Positions 32,400 to 42,796 of a stretch of DNA of 64,000 bases are shown here, one piece after another. A model generated the notes under the pieces. That model was not told the DNA's origin, did no database searches, and was given only the letters and a program-made list of their open reading frames with translations. Source of the DNA: Escherichia phage vB_EcoM_ASO1B. Position 1 is the first letter of the stretch, and every line of letters starts with the position of its first letter. The stretch lies in the sequence record MZ726792.1, one strand, 5' to 3'. The translations under genes and the position numbers were made by a program.

Positions 32400-32759
32400 T
32401 TATGGGAACAGACACTTAATGTCGTCGTTTTTGAAAACGAAACTTGTGTAGTTGTGACCATCAACATCTAGCCAAACAGCCTGAACATCTACACCATCAA
32501 GATTCTGGTAAAGCTCTTTGATGAAGTGGTCTTTCACAATCTGGCTGCTAGTTGTCTCCAGCTTAATGTTCGAGATTGCTGAACCTACAGCCATATAACC
32601 CATGACACGTTTCTTCTCAGTATGCTTAATCTTACCATCTTTGTAAGCCATAATGAGATTGGAAAGAATCTTTACACCATAATACTTCTCAAGGTGAGTA
32701 GGTACACCATAAAAGCCTAGTGCGAAATTTTCAGAGTGGATAATGTTTTCACGTTTCAT
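32400..32759 (-). CDS. hypothetical protein (119 aa)
   Basis: ORF in track. Confidence 0.5.
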   Translation of the reverse strand: MKRENIIHSENFALGFYGVPTHLEKYYGVKILSNLIMAYKDGKIKHTEKKRVMGYMAVGSAISNIKLETTSSQIVKDHFIKELYQNLDGVDVQAVWLDVDGHNYTSFVFKNDDIKCLFP

Positions 32760-32760
32760 A

Positions 32761-33090
32761 TTAGTCTGCCAACCTTAAATTAAAATTAACACCAAATTTT
32801 TCACATACTTCCAACATATACTCAAGAGAGACATTCCCAGTGAGGTGGATTATGTTGGATACACGAGCTTGAGAGATGCCACAAATTTTAGCGACTTGCT
32901 CTTGAGAAAGACCTCTGGATTTAATCTCTCTCTTAAAACGATGTGCAACGAAGTCTCTCATTTCGTCTACATCCATTGGACAAATATAACTCTCCATTTC
33001 AGCCTCTCTATTAGCCTCCCAATCATCTTGTGGGGCATAAGGGTCAAAAACCTCATTCATCTTTCTTCTTCCGTTTGCGTGAAGTGTCAA
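32761..33090 (-). CDS. putative HTH DNA-binding regulator (109 aa)
   Basis: C-terminal helix-turn-helix-like segment LSQEQVAKICGISQARVSNIIHL. Confidence 0.5.
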   Translation of the reverse strand: MTLHANGRRKMNEVFDPYAPQDDWEANREAEMESYICPMDVDEMRDFVAHRFKREIKSRGLSQEQVAKICGISQARVSNIIHLTGNVSLEYMLEVCEKFGVNFNLRLAD

Positions 33091-33265
33091 TCAATGAATC
33101 TATGTTTGTAGCCCTAACCTTTTCACGTTCATCATTAAGATAATCATCAAGAGCCTTTTCAATCTGTGAATCATCTTGACAGATGACTGTAAAGACTGTA
33201 AAGCCGTCTGTATCGTCAATTATCTTACCATAACCGCTTCTGGGATGTAACTTTTTAAGAGCCAT
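33053..33265 (-). CDS. hypothetical protein (70 aa, basic C-terminus)
   Basis: ORF in track. Confidence 0.4.
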   Translation of the reverse strand: MALKKLHPRSGYGKIIDDTDGFTVFTVICQDDSQIEKALDDYLNDEREKVRATNIDSLIDTSRKRKKKDE

Positions 33266-33266
33266 A

Positions 33267-33656
33267 TCAAATACCTGTGCAGCTTCTGTTTTCTAAGAAA
33301 TACTCCACACCATACATAGCTTTTTGCATCAAATCTTCTTTAAACTGGATACGGTGGTTGAGCATCGCCTGTACATCAATATCATCACGGTGTTTCTCTT
33401 TAATGTTTGCAGATTGCAGGAAATACTCTGCAAGAACACGATACTGGTAGTCAGTTACCTTATCAGTCATCTCTGTTAAAGACTCTTCAGAGATTGGTTT
33501 AAGTAGTTCACCATTAGCTAGAGCAACACCTTTTACAATCTGGCAAGTATCCTCTGGGACACCTGATAAGTTCACATTTGGCAGTTCTGTTGCATTAACT
33601 GGTAAACTCATTGCCATAACCATTGCAGCAGCTAATAAAATCTTTTTCATAAACAC
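33267..33656 (-). CDS. secreted protein with N-terminal signal peptide (129 aa)
   Basis: MFMKKILLAAAMVMAMSLPVNA signal-peptide-like N-terminus. Confidence 0.55.
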   Translation of the reverse strand: MFMKKILLAAAMVMAMSLPVNATELPNVNLSGVPEDTCQIVKGVALANGELLKPISEESLTEMTDKVTDYQYRVLAEYFLQSANIKEKHRDDIDVQAMLNHRIQFKEDLMQKAMYGVEYFLENRSCTGI

Positions 33657-33719
33657 CTCAAAGTTATATTAAATTTTGTATGACGTTGAGTATAAAAATA
33701 AGCTATAACACCTGAACTG

Positions 33720-34040
33720 TCAACAGATTTTATAGCTTATTTGGCAGATTTTTTATAAGGCTACTGCCATCCTTCCATACATCACCTTACCTTACCTCAC
33801 CTGACCTGACCTGACCCTACCTAACATTACCGTGCCACACCTCACTTAAAAACCCTCTTAAAAGACTCTTAAGTGATGTAATCGAATTTTAATGTAGCTC
33901 CGATTAACTACCCATACCTTACTCCGCCTCACCTTACCTAACCGTACCGTACCATACCTGACATAACCGTGCCTTACCTTATTAAAAGACCCTCTTTAAA
34001 GACCTTTTAAAAAGGAGCCTCCGAAGAGGCTACCTAGTCA
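33720..34040. repeat. non-coding repeat region A: degenerate ACCTNAC-type pyrimidine-rich repeats plus conserved boxes; paralogous to region B
   Basis: Shares three boxes with 35100-35465 (box 1 AAAACCCTCTTAAAAGACTCTTAAGTGATGT, box 2 TTTTAATGTAGCTCCGATTAACTACCC, box 3 TTATTAAAAGACCCTCTTTAAAGACCTTTTAAAAAGG) in different order. Confidence 0.8.
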
Positions 34041-34042
34041 AC

Positions 34043-34483
34043 TTAGAAAGGTTTTCTGCGTTGCTTGTTAATATTAGCTTTCATAGCAGCTAAGTGATTT
34101 TGCTGTTCAATCAGTCGTGAACGTTCTTGATGACTAAGTGCCATAGTGTTCACATTCTCAATCGCTTGAGTGGCTTGCTTTAAAGCACGACCAATCTTAC
34201 CAGACATTTTGCGTTTTGCAATAGTTGCTTGATGCTTAGGTTCAACCACACGATAACCAACACCCATTGAAGCAACCAGATAAATCTTCTCTTCTTTAAG
34301 AAGTTTTTCAATAAACTTTTCAAGTCGGTTTAGACGTGTAAGCGCATAAGCCTTCATTTCATCTTCGTACTTAACAATGTCACCTTGATAAGTTGGCTTC
34401 ACAATACCTAAGAAGGTGTCCATCTCAGAATGTGATACAGTGTCACCGTAACTAAACTTTGCTGCTAATGCTTTTGTATTCAT
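34043..34483 (-). CDS. hypothetical protein (146 aa, basic C-terminus) in repeat-flanked cassette
   Basis: ORF in track; followed on - strand by a hairpin (AGCCTCTTCGGAGGCT) and short T-run. Confidence 0.55.
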   Translation of the reverse strand: MNTKALAAKFSYGDTVSHSEMDTFLGIVKPTYQGDIVKYEDEMKAYALTRLNRLEKFIEKLLKEEKIYLVASMGVGYRVVEPKHQATIAKRKMSGKIGRALKQATQAIENVNTMALSHQERSRLIEQQNHLAAMKANINKQRRKPF

Positions 34484-34485
34484 AA

Positions 34486-35091
<606 letters not shown>

Positions 35092-35099
35092 TTAGTTGA

Positions 35100-35465
35100 T
35101 TGTTAAGTTGTTTGTAAAGAACCCTCAACAGAAGACTCTTTAGAAACTTGGTAGATTTTTAACGTGGCTACTACCATCCACCCATACCTCACCTCACTTA
35201 ACCTCACCCTACCACACCAGACATCACCTTACCATACAGCACCTTATTAAAAGACCCTCTTAAAGACCTTTTAAAAAGGTAAGTCTCATTTTAATGTAGC
35301 TGAGACTAACTACCCGCACTTTACCGCACCGGACCTTACCGGACCGCACATCACCGCACTAAACCAGACATCACATTACCTGACCACACCAAACCAAACA
35401 TCACATTACTTAAAAACCCTCTTAGAAGACTCTTAAGTGATGTTGGTGAGTACCCGTTGGTTTAT
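35100..35465. repeat. non-coding repeat region B (paralogue of region A, modules rearranged)
   Basis: Contains the same three conserved boxes as region A interleaved with ACC/CAC-rich degenerate repeats. Confidence 0.8.
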
Positions 35466-35506
35466 GCTGCTCAGTATACTCACCAAATTTTCTATGTCAA
35501 CAACTT

Positions 35507-36610
35507 TTATTCATAATCTCGTATAACTAACCCAACAGGGAACTGTAAAGACCCCTTACGAGTCATCTTCTGGAACTGAACCGTTAAAGGTTTCCCGATA
35601 AACTCTTCAGGATGTTCAGCAAGATACTGTTTCTTCTCGTGTGTAGTTTTCCATGAAACATCTACAAAGACGTTAGGAAGAGTCTCTACAACGAACTTAC
35701 CATGACCACGTTTATCAGTCTTTACACCAGTCACTTTAAACTCTTCAGTGTGCATCTTCTTGTGCTTAATCAAGAAGTATGAACGGTGACAACACTCATA
35801 GAAAGATTCTTCAGAGATTGAACGGTACATTGCACCTTCAAACTGAGCTTCAACCCACTTATCATGGGCTTCATCAAACTCTTCCCAAGAATTTACACGA
35901 CGAGACTTAACAGGAACAACTTTACAGCCGTCTCTGAAGTCATTCAATGGTGAAGTCTCAATAATATCTCTACGCTCAGGCCACGTCTTAGTACTGTCAC
36001 AGATATCATACCAGTAAAACTTGAGTAGATGTCGGTCAGGATTGTCTTCATTTTTAATCATGGAGACAATATCTTCTAAGTCCAACCCATGAGCATAGAT
36101 TTCACCATCAAATTCATCAACGTCTTTATGGAGCCTCAACATTGCCATAATGTCAGGTATTAGCTCAGTAGGAATTTTATAAATAGTGTTCTCACGAGAA
36201 TATGCTGTAAATACACTACCAATACTTAAGTGTCTTGAAATTCTACAACGTACACCATCCAGTTTTGGTTGAGCATCAGCAGGGAACTTCAGATACTTTG
36301 CATGACTAACCTTTGCAGCATCATGAGCAAGCTGTACACCTACCTTCTCAGTATTCTGTGCAGACTCTTTTGTGTAAGCATAACCTTTACGGTCAACTTG
36401 CTTTTTATACTTTGCAGCAACTTCAAAGAGAGCTTGCTGTTCAGCGTTACGCTCATTCTTTTTACCGATGTTTTTAGGTTCTGCTGTATACTCTTCAAAC
36501 ATCATCTTGCCATTTTCTTTACCATAGGTTGTAATAACTTTGTCACCTACAGCAACACATGACCAGATGTTAAAAGAGCCATCTTTATTTTGTTTGTACA
36601 GTATTGTCAT
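35507..36610 (-). CDS. ATP-dependent DNA ligase
   Basis: Motif I KLDGVR (adenylation lysine), DGEIY, EGAMYRS and LIKHKK-like downstream motifs. Confidence 0.75.
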   Translation of the reverse strand: MTILYKQNKDGSFNIWSCVAVGDKVITTYGKENGKMMFEEYTAEPKNIGKKNERNAEQQALFEVAAKYKKQVDRKGYAYTKESAQNTEKVGVQLAHDAAKVSHAKYLKFPADAQPKLDGVRCRISRHLSIGSVFTAYSRENTIYKIPTELIPDIMAMLRLHKDVDEFDGEIYAHGLDLEDIVSMIKNEDNPDRHLLKFYWYDICDSTKTWPERRDIIETSPLNDFRDGCKVVPVKSRRVNSWEEFDEAHDKWVEAQFEGAMYRSISEESFYECCHRSYFLIKHKKMHTEEFKVTGVKTDKRGHGKFVVETLPNVFVDVSWKTTHEKKQYLAEHPEEFIGKPLTVQFQKMTRKGSLQFPVGLVIRDYE

Positions 36611-36611
36611 T

Positions 36612-36803
36612 TTATTCCTCTGAGTGATACCAAGTATTGCAAGTATTACATGCGTAAAGCTCTAAGTCGTTTTTATCTGGTTTATGAAAACAGTTCGCTC
36701 CGCAGTGGCAACGAAACGGCTTTCCACCAACTGTCAGGATGAAGGATTGAACCTTTCCATCAGGAGTTCGTACAGCATTTTTATGCTTATCTTCTTTGTT
36801 CAT
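36612..36803 (-). CDS. small Zn-ribbon protein (63 aa)
   Basis: CHCGANC ... CNTCNTWYH cysteine motifs. Confidence 0.5.
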   Translation of the reverse strand: MNKEDKHKNAVRTPDGKVQSFILTVGGKPFRCHCGANCFHKPDKNDLELYACNTCNTWYHSEE

Positions 36804-36962
36804 TTATCTCTTGCCTTTGTCAGATTTCATATATGACATATTACTACGCCTTTTAATGAAATGCACAACGCATTTTGGTGTATCTTTTGCATCTTTGATG
36901 TGCAACCTTTCGAAACTGCGCACTGTGAAGGTTGCATCTGTCATTGTTTGCTTAGGTTTCAT
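36804..36962 (-). CDS. small hypothetical protein (52 aa), below ORF-track size cutoff
   Basis: Hand-translated: ATG overlaps the upstream stop and its stop abuts the next start. Confidence 0.3.
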   Translation of the reverse strand: MKPKQTMTDATFTVRSFERLHIKDAKDTPKCVVHFIKRRSNMSYMKSDKGKR

Positions 36963-37165
36963 TTTCTCTTACCACCAATCTCTACGTCGATAACTTGAAC
37001 ATCACCAGCAACATCAAACTTATGAATGATGCTCTCAACAGTATAAGTCCAACCATCAATGCGAACCAACTCACCTTCTCGTGGGACGATTGGATTACGT
37101 TGAGCTATTGTTGTAGTGGAGTGAACAACATCATAACGATAGGTATAGTTTACTAATACTTCCAT
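36959..37165 (-). CDS. hypothetical protein (68 aa)
   Basis: Track ORF 36959-37264 trimmed to internal ATG 37165 with GAGGT ribosome-binding site, avoiding overlap with the lipoprotein gene. Confidence 0.45.
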   Translation of the reverse strand: MEVLVNYTYRYDVVHSTTTIAQRNPIVPREGELVRIDGWTYTVESIIHKFDVAGDVQVIDVEIGGKRK

Positions 37166-37175
37166 CGTGAAAACC

Positions 37176-37433
37176 TCACTCAATAACCGTAGTATGTGAT
37201 TGACCATTTTTGCCATAGCTATAAGATGTTGTTGTTTGAGAGTTTTGGCATCTGACAACAACAATATCTCTGCTTATAGCATCACCATTGAGTTTGTAGA
37301 TTTTGCAGTCTTGCATCTCTGGAGGGAGGCTGTAAGAAGCATCTTTGTTTTCATAAGATGGGTTGCAGCCAGCCAGAAAAATTACTCCAAGTGCAACCAT
37401 TGCTTTCACACAACTCTTAACCTTATTGTTCAC
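37176..37433 (-). CDS. lipoprotein (85 aa)
   Basis: Signal peptide with lipobox LAGC (MNNKVKSCVKAMVALGVIFLAGC). Confidence 0.6.
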   Translation of the reverse strand: MNNKVKSCVKAMVALGVIFLAGCNPSYENKDASYSLPPEMQDCKIYKLNGDAISRDIVVVRCQNSQTTTSYSYGKNGQSHTTVIE

Positions 37434-37569
37434 GATAGTCTACCTCTCTGTATGTTTTTAAATAGTGAGTGATGAGTTCTGGTAAGTCACTACGTTTAAC
37501 GTTTGAACGAAGAAGTGTCCAGTCAAAACCTTTACCAACCCTTCCCCAGAGACTGTACATTTTCTTCAT
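37423..37569 (-). CDS. small hypothetical protein (48 aa), below ORF-track size cutoff
   Basis: Hand-translated: ATG at 37569 overlaps the upstream stop; no internal stops. Confidence 0.3.
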   Translation of the reverse strand: MKKMYSLWGRVGKGFDWTLLRSNVKRSDLPELITHYLKTYREVDYREQ

Positions 37570-37799
37570 AGCAACTCCAGAATATCAATACGTTCACCTT
37601 TGAGTACTCCAGTACGGTCTTTTGCAATCTTACCGTCAACGATAAGGATGTGTGTAGACCTTAAAGCGTCGTTGTTAAAGGTTTTTACGAACTTGCTAGG
37701 CATGACTACAATGGACATCTCCTGAATTAACTCTGGAGTGTAGCAGTTATCATGAAGTTGCTGAATAACGTCTGCAAGTGTCATTTTTGATGTCTCCAA
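37566..37799 (-). CDS. hypothetical protein (77 aa)
   Basis: ORF in track. Confidence 0.45.
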   Translation of the reverse strand: METSKMTLADVIQQLHDNCYTPELIQEMSIVVMPSKFVKTFNNDALRSTHILIVDGKIAKDRTGVLKGERIDILELL

Positions 37800-37990
37800 T
37801 ATTCAATATCTACAAGTTCTTGTGCAATGCTTTTAAGGTTACTTTTAAGGAAAACTTTCTCACCACCAGACAGGGAAGTGTTATCAATGAGTCTATTCAT
37901 TTTCTCAAACAACTTCTGCTTACGGTTCTTGATAGTTTCCTTTGAAGCACCTTTCATCATCGCTGCATGGGTTCTTCCACGATGGCTCAT
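37781..37990 (-). CDS. hypothetical protein (69 aa)
   Basis: ORF in track. Confidence 0.4.
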   Translation of the reverse strand: MSHRGRTHAAMMKGASKETIKNRKQKLFEKMNRLIDNTSLSGGEKVFLKSNLKSIAQELVDIEYWRHQK

Positions 37991-38041
37991 AAGCCCTCCT
38001 ATACAAGATGTAGTATAAGGTACTCTTCCATGAGCACCTTG

Positions 38042-38557
38042 TCAACTTAGTTTTGCAAACTCTCCGTGGAGTTTAATAGCAGCTTCACAGTAAGCTTTAT
38101 GGGCTTCTTCTTCTGTTGTGTACGTCCCTATATGTATAGTCTTACCATTATGGTTAATCTGGGCTATCCACTTACCAGACTTGCTTCTACTTGTACCTTT
38201 TAAGTTTTTTGATGTTCTGGGTTGTCTCCTATTAGACATGTTCTGCTCTTTTGTGGCCTCTCTTAGATTGTCCCAAGCGTTATTCAAACCATCCCCATCT
38301 TTGTGGTCAATGTGTTTATCAGGCCACTTACCTGTCATCCAGAACCAAGCAATTCGGTGATTACCTGTCCTGTATCCTAAAATCTGTGTGTGCATATACA
38401 CACCAGACCTTGTGCGCTTAATTGCTCCGGCTTGGCTTCCAATGACCACCCTACTACTATGTGGAGGTCTGCCAATCCATGTTAAGACCCCTGTTTCGGG
38501 GTCATAATCTAACCAAGACTTTAACTGTTCATGTGTGAATCCACAATCTCTCATCAA
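38042..38557 (-). CDS. HNH homing endonuclease with AP2-like C-terminal domain (paralogue 1)
   Basis: Family signature YDPETGVLTW and HIDHKDGDGLNNAWDNLR; C-terminal GKWIAQINHNGKTIHIGTYTTEEEAHKAY; start overlaps the DNA polymerase stop. Confidence 0.8.
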   Translation of the reverse strand: MMRDCGFTHEQLKSWLDYDPETGVLTWIGRPPHSSRVVIGSQAGAIKRTRSGVYMHTQILGYRTGNHRIAWFWMTGKWPDKHIDHKDGDGLNNAWDNLREATKEQNMSNRRQPRTSKNLKGTSRSKSGKWIAQINHNGKTIHIGTYTTEEEAHKAYCEAAIKLHGEFAKLS

Positions 38558-41253
38558 TGTACCTCATACCAGCTTTTACCAACCTTACCAGTACCAGTTA
38601 CCAGTGTTTCACTCTTTAGTCCTAAGTTCTTAGAGGCTTGCCCGTAATACCAATCAGTGACAGCCTTCACCTCTGCCGTCATACTTTCTGGACATTCCCA
38701 ACTCGTCTCATCGTGATAGGAGCACAATAAACGAGCACCTATAGCTGGTTTGCGACCGTTCAACTTCATCAAACCTTCGTCAATCATACGACGGCAAGCA
38801 AGGTTAATTGCCTCGTTCTGAATCTGACTTTCCGAACCCATAAGCAAATAATTCAACAACTTATGTGGAGATTTACACCACAACCAAGCTCCAGCAACCT
38901 TTACAAAACCCCCTTTAGAGATTGCAGCAGTCTTACCAAACACCTCTTCAAGTGCCTTTTTAGTTGCTTTGTAGTCAGCTTCCAAGTCATCTAGCAGCTT
39001 CTTAATTTTAGGCAAACGAATAAAGTAAGTCTGTTTAGTCAGTGCACCTTCCTGAGTAGTTGCAGCTTTAATCGTCTTAGCAAACTTCTCATCACCTGCA
39101 CCGAACAGCAGTGCATAGATACCATTCTTAGCTTTCTTACGGCCTTTGCTAATCTCATGGAGAAGGTTCTCATCCTGAGTAGCTCGACAAGTCAAGATAT
39201 CCTGCTCATCATTCAAGCTAAAGTAAATACTGTTCAATGTATGTGCATCAGTCCCTGAATAGACAACGTACAGGTCATTCTCAGAGTCATAGCGAAGGTA
39301 CTTATCAATCTCTGGGTTCAGGTACTCATCAAAATGTTTGCAGTAATAGCGTCCATCTTCTTGACGAATGAACTCAATTTCTTCTTTACCTTGCGTTACC
39401 GCTTTGGTGAAGTCTTTATCACCCATAAAGTTACAAAGAAGAACTAGCTGGGCTGAGTTCATATCTACAGAGACAACGTTAGTACCTTCCTCACAAATCC
39501 ATACTGCCCTCATTGGTTCTCCATAGACAGCAGCACCAGACGGTACGTTTACAATACCATACTGTGTCATACGTCCAGTTGAAGTACCAAACACCATTGC
39601 ACCAGCACTAAGGCGACCATCAGGACGAATCTGGTTAAGCCAACCTTTTTCATCATCCTTTGAGTTCTCAATAGTTCTGCGTCGGTGCATCAAAGTATAG
39701 TACTTAGCAATCTTCTGTCCAAGCTCACCTTCAATCGTATCATAAGATGATTCAGTAAGTTTTGGTGAAGTACGGATTAAGCAAGGTTCAAGCAAATCTG
39801 TGTATTTCTTCACAGACCAGTTATGCTCGATGTACTGTACACCTTCATGTTCAACATAACTCAAACCACACCGCTCAACCATTTCCTGCCACTTAGGATG
39901 CTTTGTAATCATCTTTTTATTGTCTTTGAAACGACAAACTTTGACAGGGCGACCGTCTGAGTCTTTCTTGTAGTTCCAGTCATCTGGAATCCAACCAACT
40001 GATTTCAAGTAGTCTTTTACAACTGCTACCTGAGTCATACGAGAAACTTCAAACTCAATTGGTGTATATGGTGCATCAATCAATCCTGTGTAGCGACTTG
40101 ACTCAAGTTCAAAGTGGTTAACAACGTGGCTGTTATAGTACTTCACAGTTTTGACTGTTTTTACTGGCTTCCAGTCTTTGCATTTCTTACCAATCTTTGC
40201 ATTCAACTCATTGCAAATTGCACGAGCATCCTTCATTGCTACAAAACCTTCCTTGTACTCTTCACCAGTTACAGAGTTGGTTGGTGTGTAGCAATTTCTC
40301 TTTTCAATGTTAAAAATCTTTGTAGTTGGCTTACCAAACGGTTTGATTTCGTATGTCTGCATCTCACCGTTACGTACCTGTTGACGATACTTTGTCTTAG
40401 GGTACTTGGTAATTCTCTTCAGTCCATCTGCATGACCGAACGCTTCAACATACTCATTCCAAGCTTTTGCAAACTCTTCTCCAGTGACTTTACCTTTGGT
40501 CTTAATAGTTGGAGGAAGATGTGGTTCAACCTCTGAAGCAAGCTCATTAGTCAACTTGTCAAGTTCCTTTACATGGAACTCCATAAGCTCTTTATCAGCT
40601 TTCCAACCATTGATAGCTTGTTGACTCATCCAGAAAGATGTTTCTTTAGCTCGCATGTAGGTTTCATAAGTGTCTATGCCACACTTCTTAAGCTTGAGAT
40701 ACTCATTATCAAGTGCCCGTTTAGTTTTGGCGTTAATACGGATATCTTCTACAACACGAGTGAAGATTTCTGCATTCCACACACCCCAATGTTCAATCTC
40801 TGGTTTACGAACACCAACACGAGCACCCCATGCAGCCAAGCCATGAGCACCTTTATAACCCTTTGGAGTTGGTCTATCCATCCACTGAACACGAGACTGG
40901 ATAAGAGAATCCTGAAAGAAATTACTCCACGGCTTACACTTTGGATTATCAAAGTTCCATAAATCCGGTGCAATGTGATTGAAAACCCACCAGTCATAAC
41001 CTAGACCATTATGAATGCAAAGACGTTTTGCCTTTAACGCAAACTCAATACCTTCACGTAAGCCACCCTTAATGTACTTGGTATACTTGTGACCGAGGAT
41101 AGGCTCATCTGTAAAGACCCATACAGGTGGCTCTTCATCGTCAGATTTATAGTCTGCGAAAGCCATTACGTGCACTTTAGTGAACTCAAGGAGTAAACCA
41201 TCAGTTTCTGTATCACCAACTAAATGTAAGTTTTTAAAATCTACGTTTTCCAT
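38554..41253 (-). CDS. DNA polymerase, family A
   Basis: N-terminal DTETDGL exonuclease motif, motif B-like RKKAKNGIYALLFGAG, motif C YHDE; start set at ATG 41253 after GAGGGAG (track start 41283). Confidence 0.8.
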   Translation of the reverse strand: MENVDFKNLHLVGDTETDGLLLEFTKVHVMAFADYKSDDEEPPVWVFTDEPILGHKYTKYIKGGLREGIEFALKAKRLCIHNGLGYDWWVFNHIAPDLWNFDNPKCKPWSNFFQDSLIQSRVQWMDRPTPKGYKGAHGLAAWGARVGVRKPEIEHWGVWNAEIFTRVVEDIRINAKTKRALDNEYLKLKKCGIDTYETYMRAKETSFWMSQQAINGWKADKELMEFHVKELDKLTNELASEVEPHLPPTIKTKGKVTGEEFAKAWNEYVEAFGHADGLKRITKYPKTKYRQQVRNGEMQTYEIKPFGKPTTKIFNIEKRNCYTPTNSVTGEEYKEGFVAMKDARAICNELNAKIGKKCKDWKPVKTVKTVKYYNSHVVNHFELESSRYTGLIDAPYTPIEFEVSRMTQVAVVKDYLKSVGWIPDDWNYKKDSDGRPVKVCRFKDNKKMITKHPKWQEMVERCGLSYVEHEGVQYIEHNWSVKKYTDLLEPCLIRTSPKLTESSYDTIEGELGQKIAKYYTLMHRRRTIENSKDDEKGWLNQIRPDGRLSAGAMVFGTSTGRMTQYGIVNVPSGAAVYGEPMRAVWICEEGTNVVSVDMNSAQLVLLCNFMGDKDFTKAVTQGKEEIEFIRQEDGRYYCKHFDEYLNPEIDKYLRYDSENDLYVVYSGTDAHTLNSIYFSLNDEQDILTCRATQDENLLHEISKGRKKAKNGIYALLFGAGDEKFAKTIKAATTQEGALTKQTYFIRLPKIKKLLDDLEADYKATKKALEEVFGKTAAISKGGFVKVAGAWLWCKSPHKLLNYLLMGSESQIQNEAINLACRRMIDEGLMKLNGRKPAIGARLLCSYHDETSWECPESMTAEVKAVTDWYYGQASKNLGLKSETLVTGTGKVGKSWYEVH

Positions 41254-41510
41254 TTTTACTCCCTCTAAAATCATTAACCTCATACATTACTGCAAAAAAT
41301 TATAAAAAGCAAGTTGACAATGCACTTGACAAGGTGTTAATCTTTGCGAAGTGGGTTTTTACTTAAAAGGTTACTTAACAGTTTAACTATACAGATACTT
41401 TAAAAGTCTTAAAAGATTATTTAATAGCTTTTAAAAAGCTTTAAAGTATAACGTATAGAATACGTTAAGATAAAAGATTAAAACTTAATAGTTACTTAAA
41501 AGAGGCTTAC

Positions 41511-41933
41511 ATGCAGAAAATGTTTGTTCACCCAGACATAGCTGACTTTGTTAGAGCTTTGCAAAAGTTGGAAGAACTTGACATTGCTGCTCAACGGGAA
41601 TATGCTCACCATCACAGGAGAATGGTTGATATACAACATGAAATAGAGTTGTCTGAAAACTATGAAGATGACTTAAAATGCTCTGTATTTGAGCATATGA
41701 AAGATGTTGCTACAGCGAGACGTAAAGCTAAAGACACAGTTGCTTTACTAGATTCTCTTAAAAAGAGGTTGCAAAGTGGTACAGACCTGTGTAATCTAGC
41801 GTCACTGATTAACGATGTTGAAACTTCTTGGGATAGGCACTATTATCCACGTTCTGAAAAGACACTTGACTTTTCTTCATCCGAAAACTTAAAATGTTCT
41901 AGAAAGAAACTTAACCAACTGAGAGAGAAATAA
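41511..41933 (+). CDS. hypothetical protein (140 aa)
   Basis: First ORF of + strand block after the divergent intergenic region. Confidence 0.5.
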   Translation: MQKMFVHPDIADFVRALQKLEELDIAAQREYAHHHRRMVDIQHEIELSENYEDDLKCSVFEHMKDVATARRKAKDTVALLDSLKKRLQSGTDLCNLASLINDVETSWDRHYYPRSEKTLDFSSSENLKCSRKKLNQLREK

Positions 41934-41934
41934 T

Positions 41935-42735
41935 ATGAATATCGATGTAGAAAAGATGCTTGAAGAGAAAGGTATTGACGAAGCATTTTTAATCAATGCC
42001 GTAGAAAGCATGGCTATGATTCTTCGTGGTAACAACTACACAGAACAGTTTATGCCTGCAAGCTATAACTTGCCTGAAGACAAGTCTGATAACGGTGCTT
42101 TTGCAGAACAGGTTAACATGATGCTTTGCGACAAAACACTTGCTTTAGCATCTATCGTTGTAGGTGTTGATGCCCTTGCAGAGTTCATTTTTTATGAGAT
42201 GCAGAAAAATGATTATATTGCCATGACCACTGAAGAAAAAGACTTGCTACTACTCGCAGGTAACGATGAACTAATTGACCTGTTAATTTCATCAACTAGT
42301 GCTGTTATGGCTGCTCTTGAGAAGCGCATGGAAGAAAAACTTTCACGATATGAAAAACTTGATTGGGGTGTAGAAGAATTAAACCCACGAATCAAAGAAA
42401 TTATCCAGCAAACTAAAGAGTCTTTGGAAGAAGCTGTTGAAAATGACTCTGTAGCTGATATAGAACCTCTTCAGGTGAAAGTTGCACTGATGATTCCAGC
42501 TATCTCTACGATGATGAATATCGTTGCACTAATCCAACTTTCACAGATGATGGGTGTAAGTATTGAGTTCATTGAAGAGATGACTGGTGGCGTTAGTATG
42601 CAAGCAATAAATGATGTTTTGGTGAACATTGGTGCTTCAATCATTGAAGAGAAACTACGCATTAACTTCGGTGATGATTTTGTGAAGCAAATCTCAGCTA
42701 TGGCTGAAAAAGAGTATGCTGAGCAACTGCACTAA
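41935..42735 (+). CDS. hypothetical acidic protein (266 aa)
   Basis: ORF in track, followed by a terminator. Confidence 0.5.
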   Translation: MNIDVEKMLEEKGIDEAFLINAVESMAMILRGNNYTEQFMPASYNLPEDKSDNGAFAEQVNMMLCDKTLALASIVVGVDALAEFIFYEMQKNDYIAMTTEEKDLLLLAGNDELIDLLISSTSAVMAALEKRMEEKLSRYEKLDWGVEELNPRIKEIIQQTKESLEEAVENDSVADIEPLQVKVALMIPAISTMMNIVALIQLSQMMGVSIEFIEEMTGGVSMQAINDVLVNIGASIIEEKLRINFGDDFVKQISAMAEKEYAEQLH

Positions 42736-42753
42736 GTCTTTATAAATCTTACA

Positions 42754-42778
42754 AGCCTCCTTAGTTGGGGGCTTTTTA
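42754..42778 (+). terminator. rho-independent terminator
   Basis: AGCCTCC-TTAGTT-GGGGGCT followed by TTTTT. Confidence 0.55.
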
Positions 42779-42796
42779 GTAATTAATGGAGATAAA

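Noticed and set aside
40114-40962. + strand ORFs of 129-140 aa
   Set aside because: Antisense within the DNA polymerase gene.
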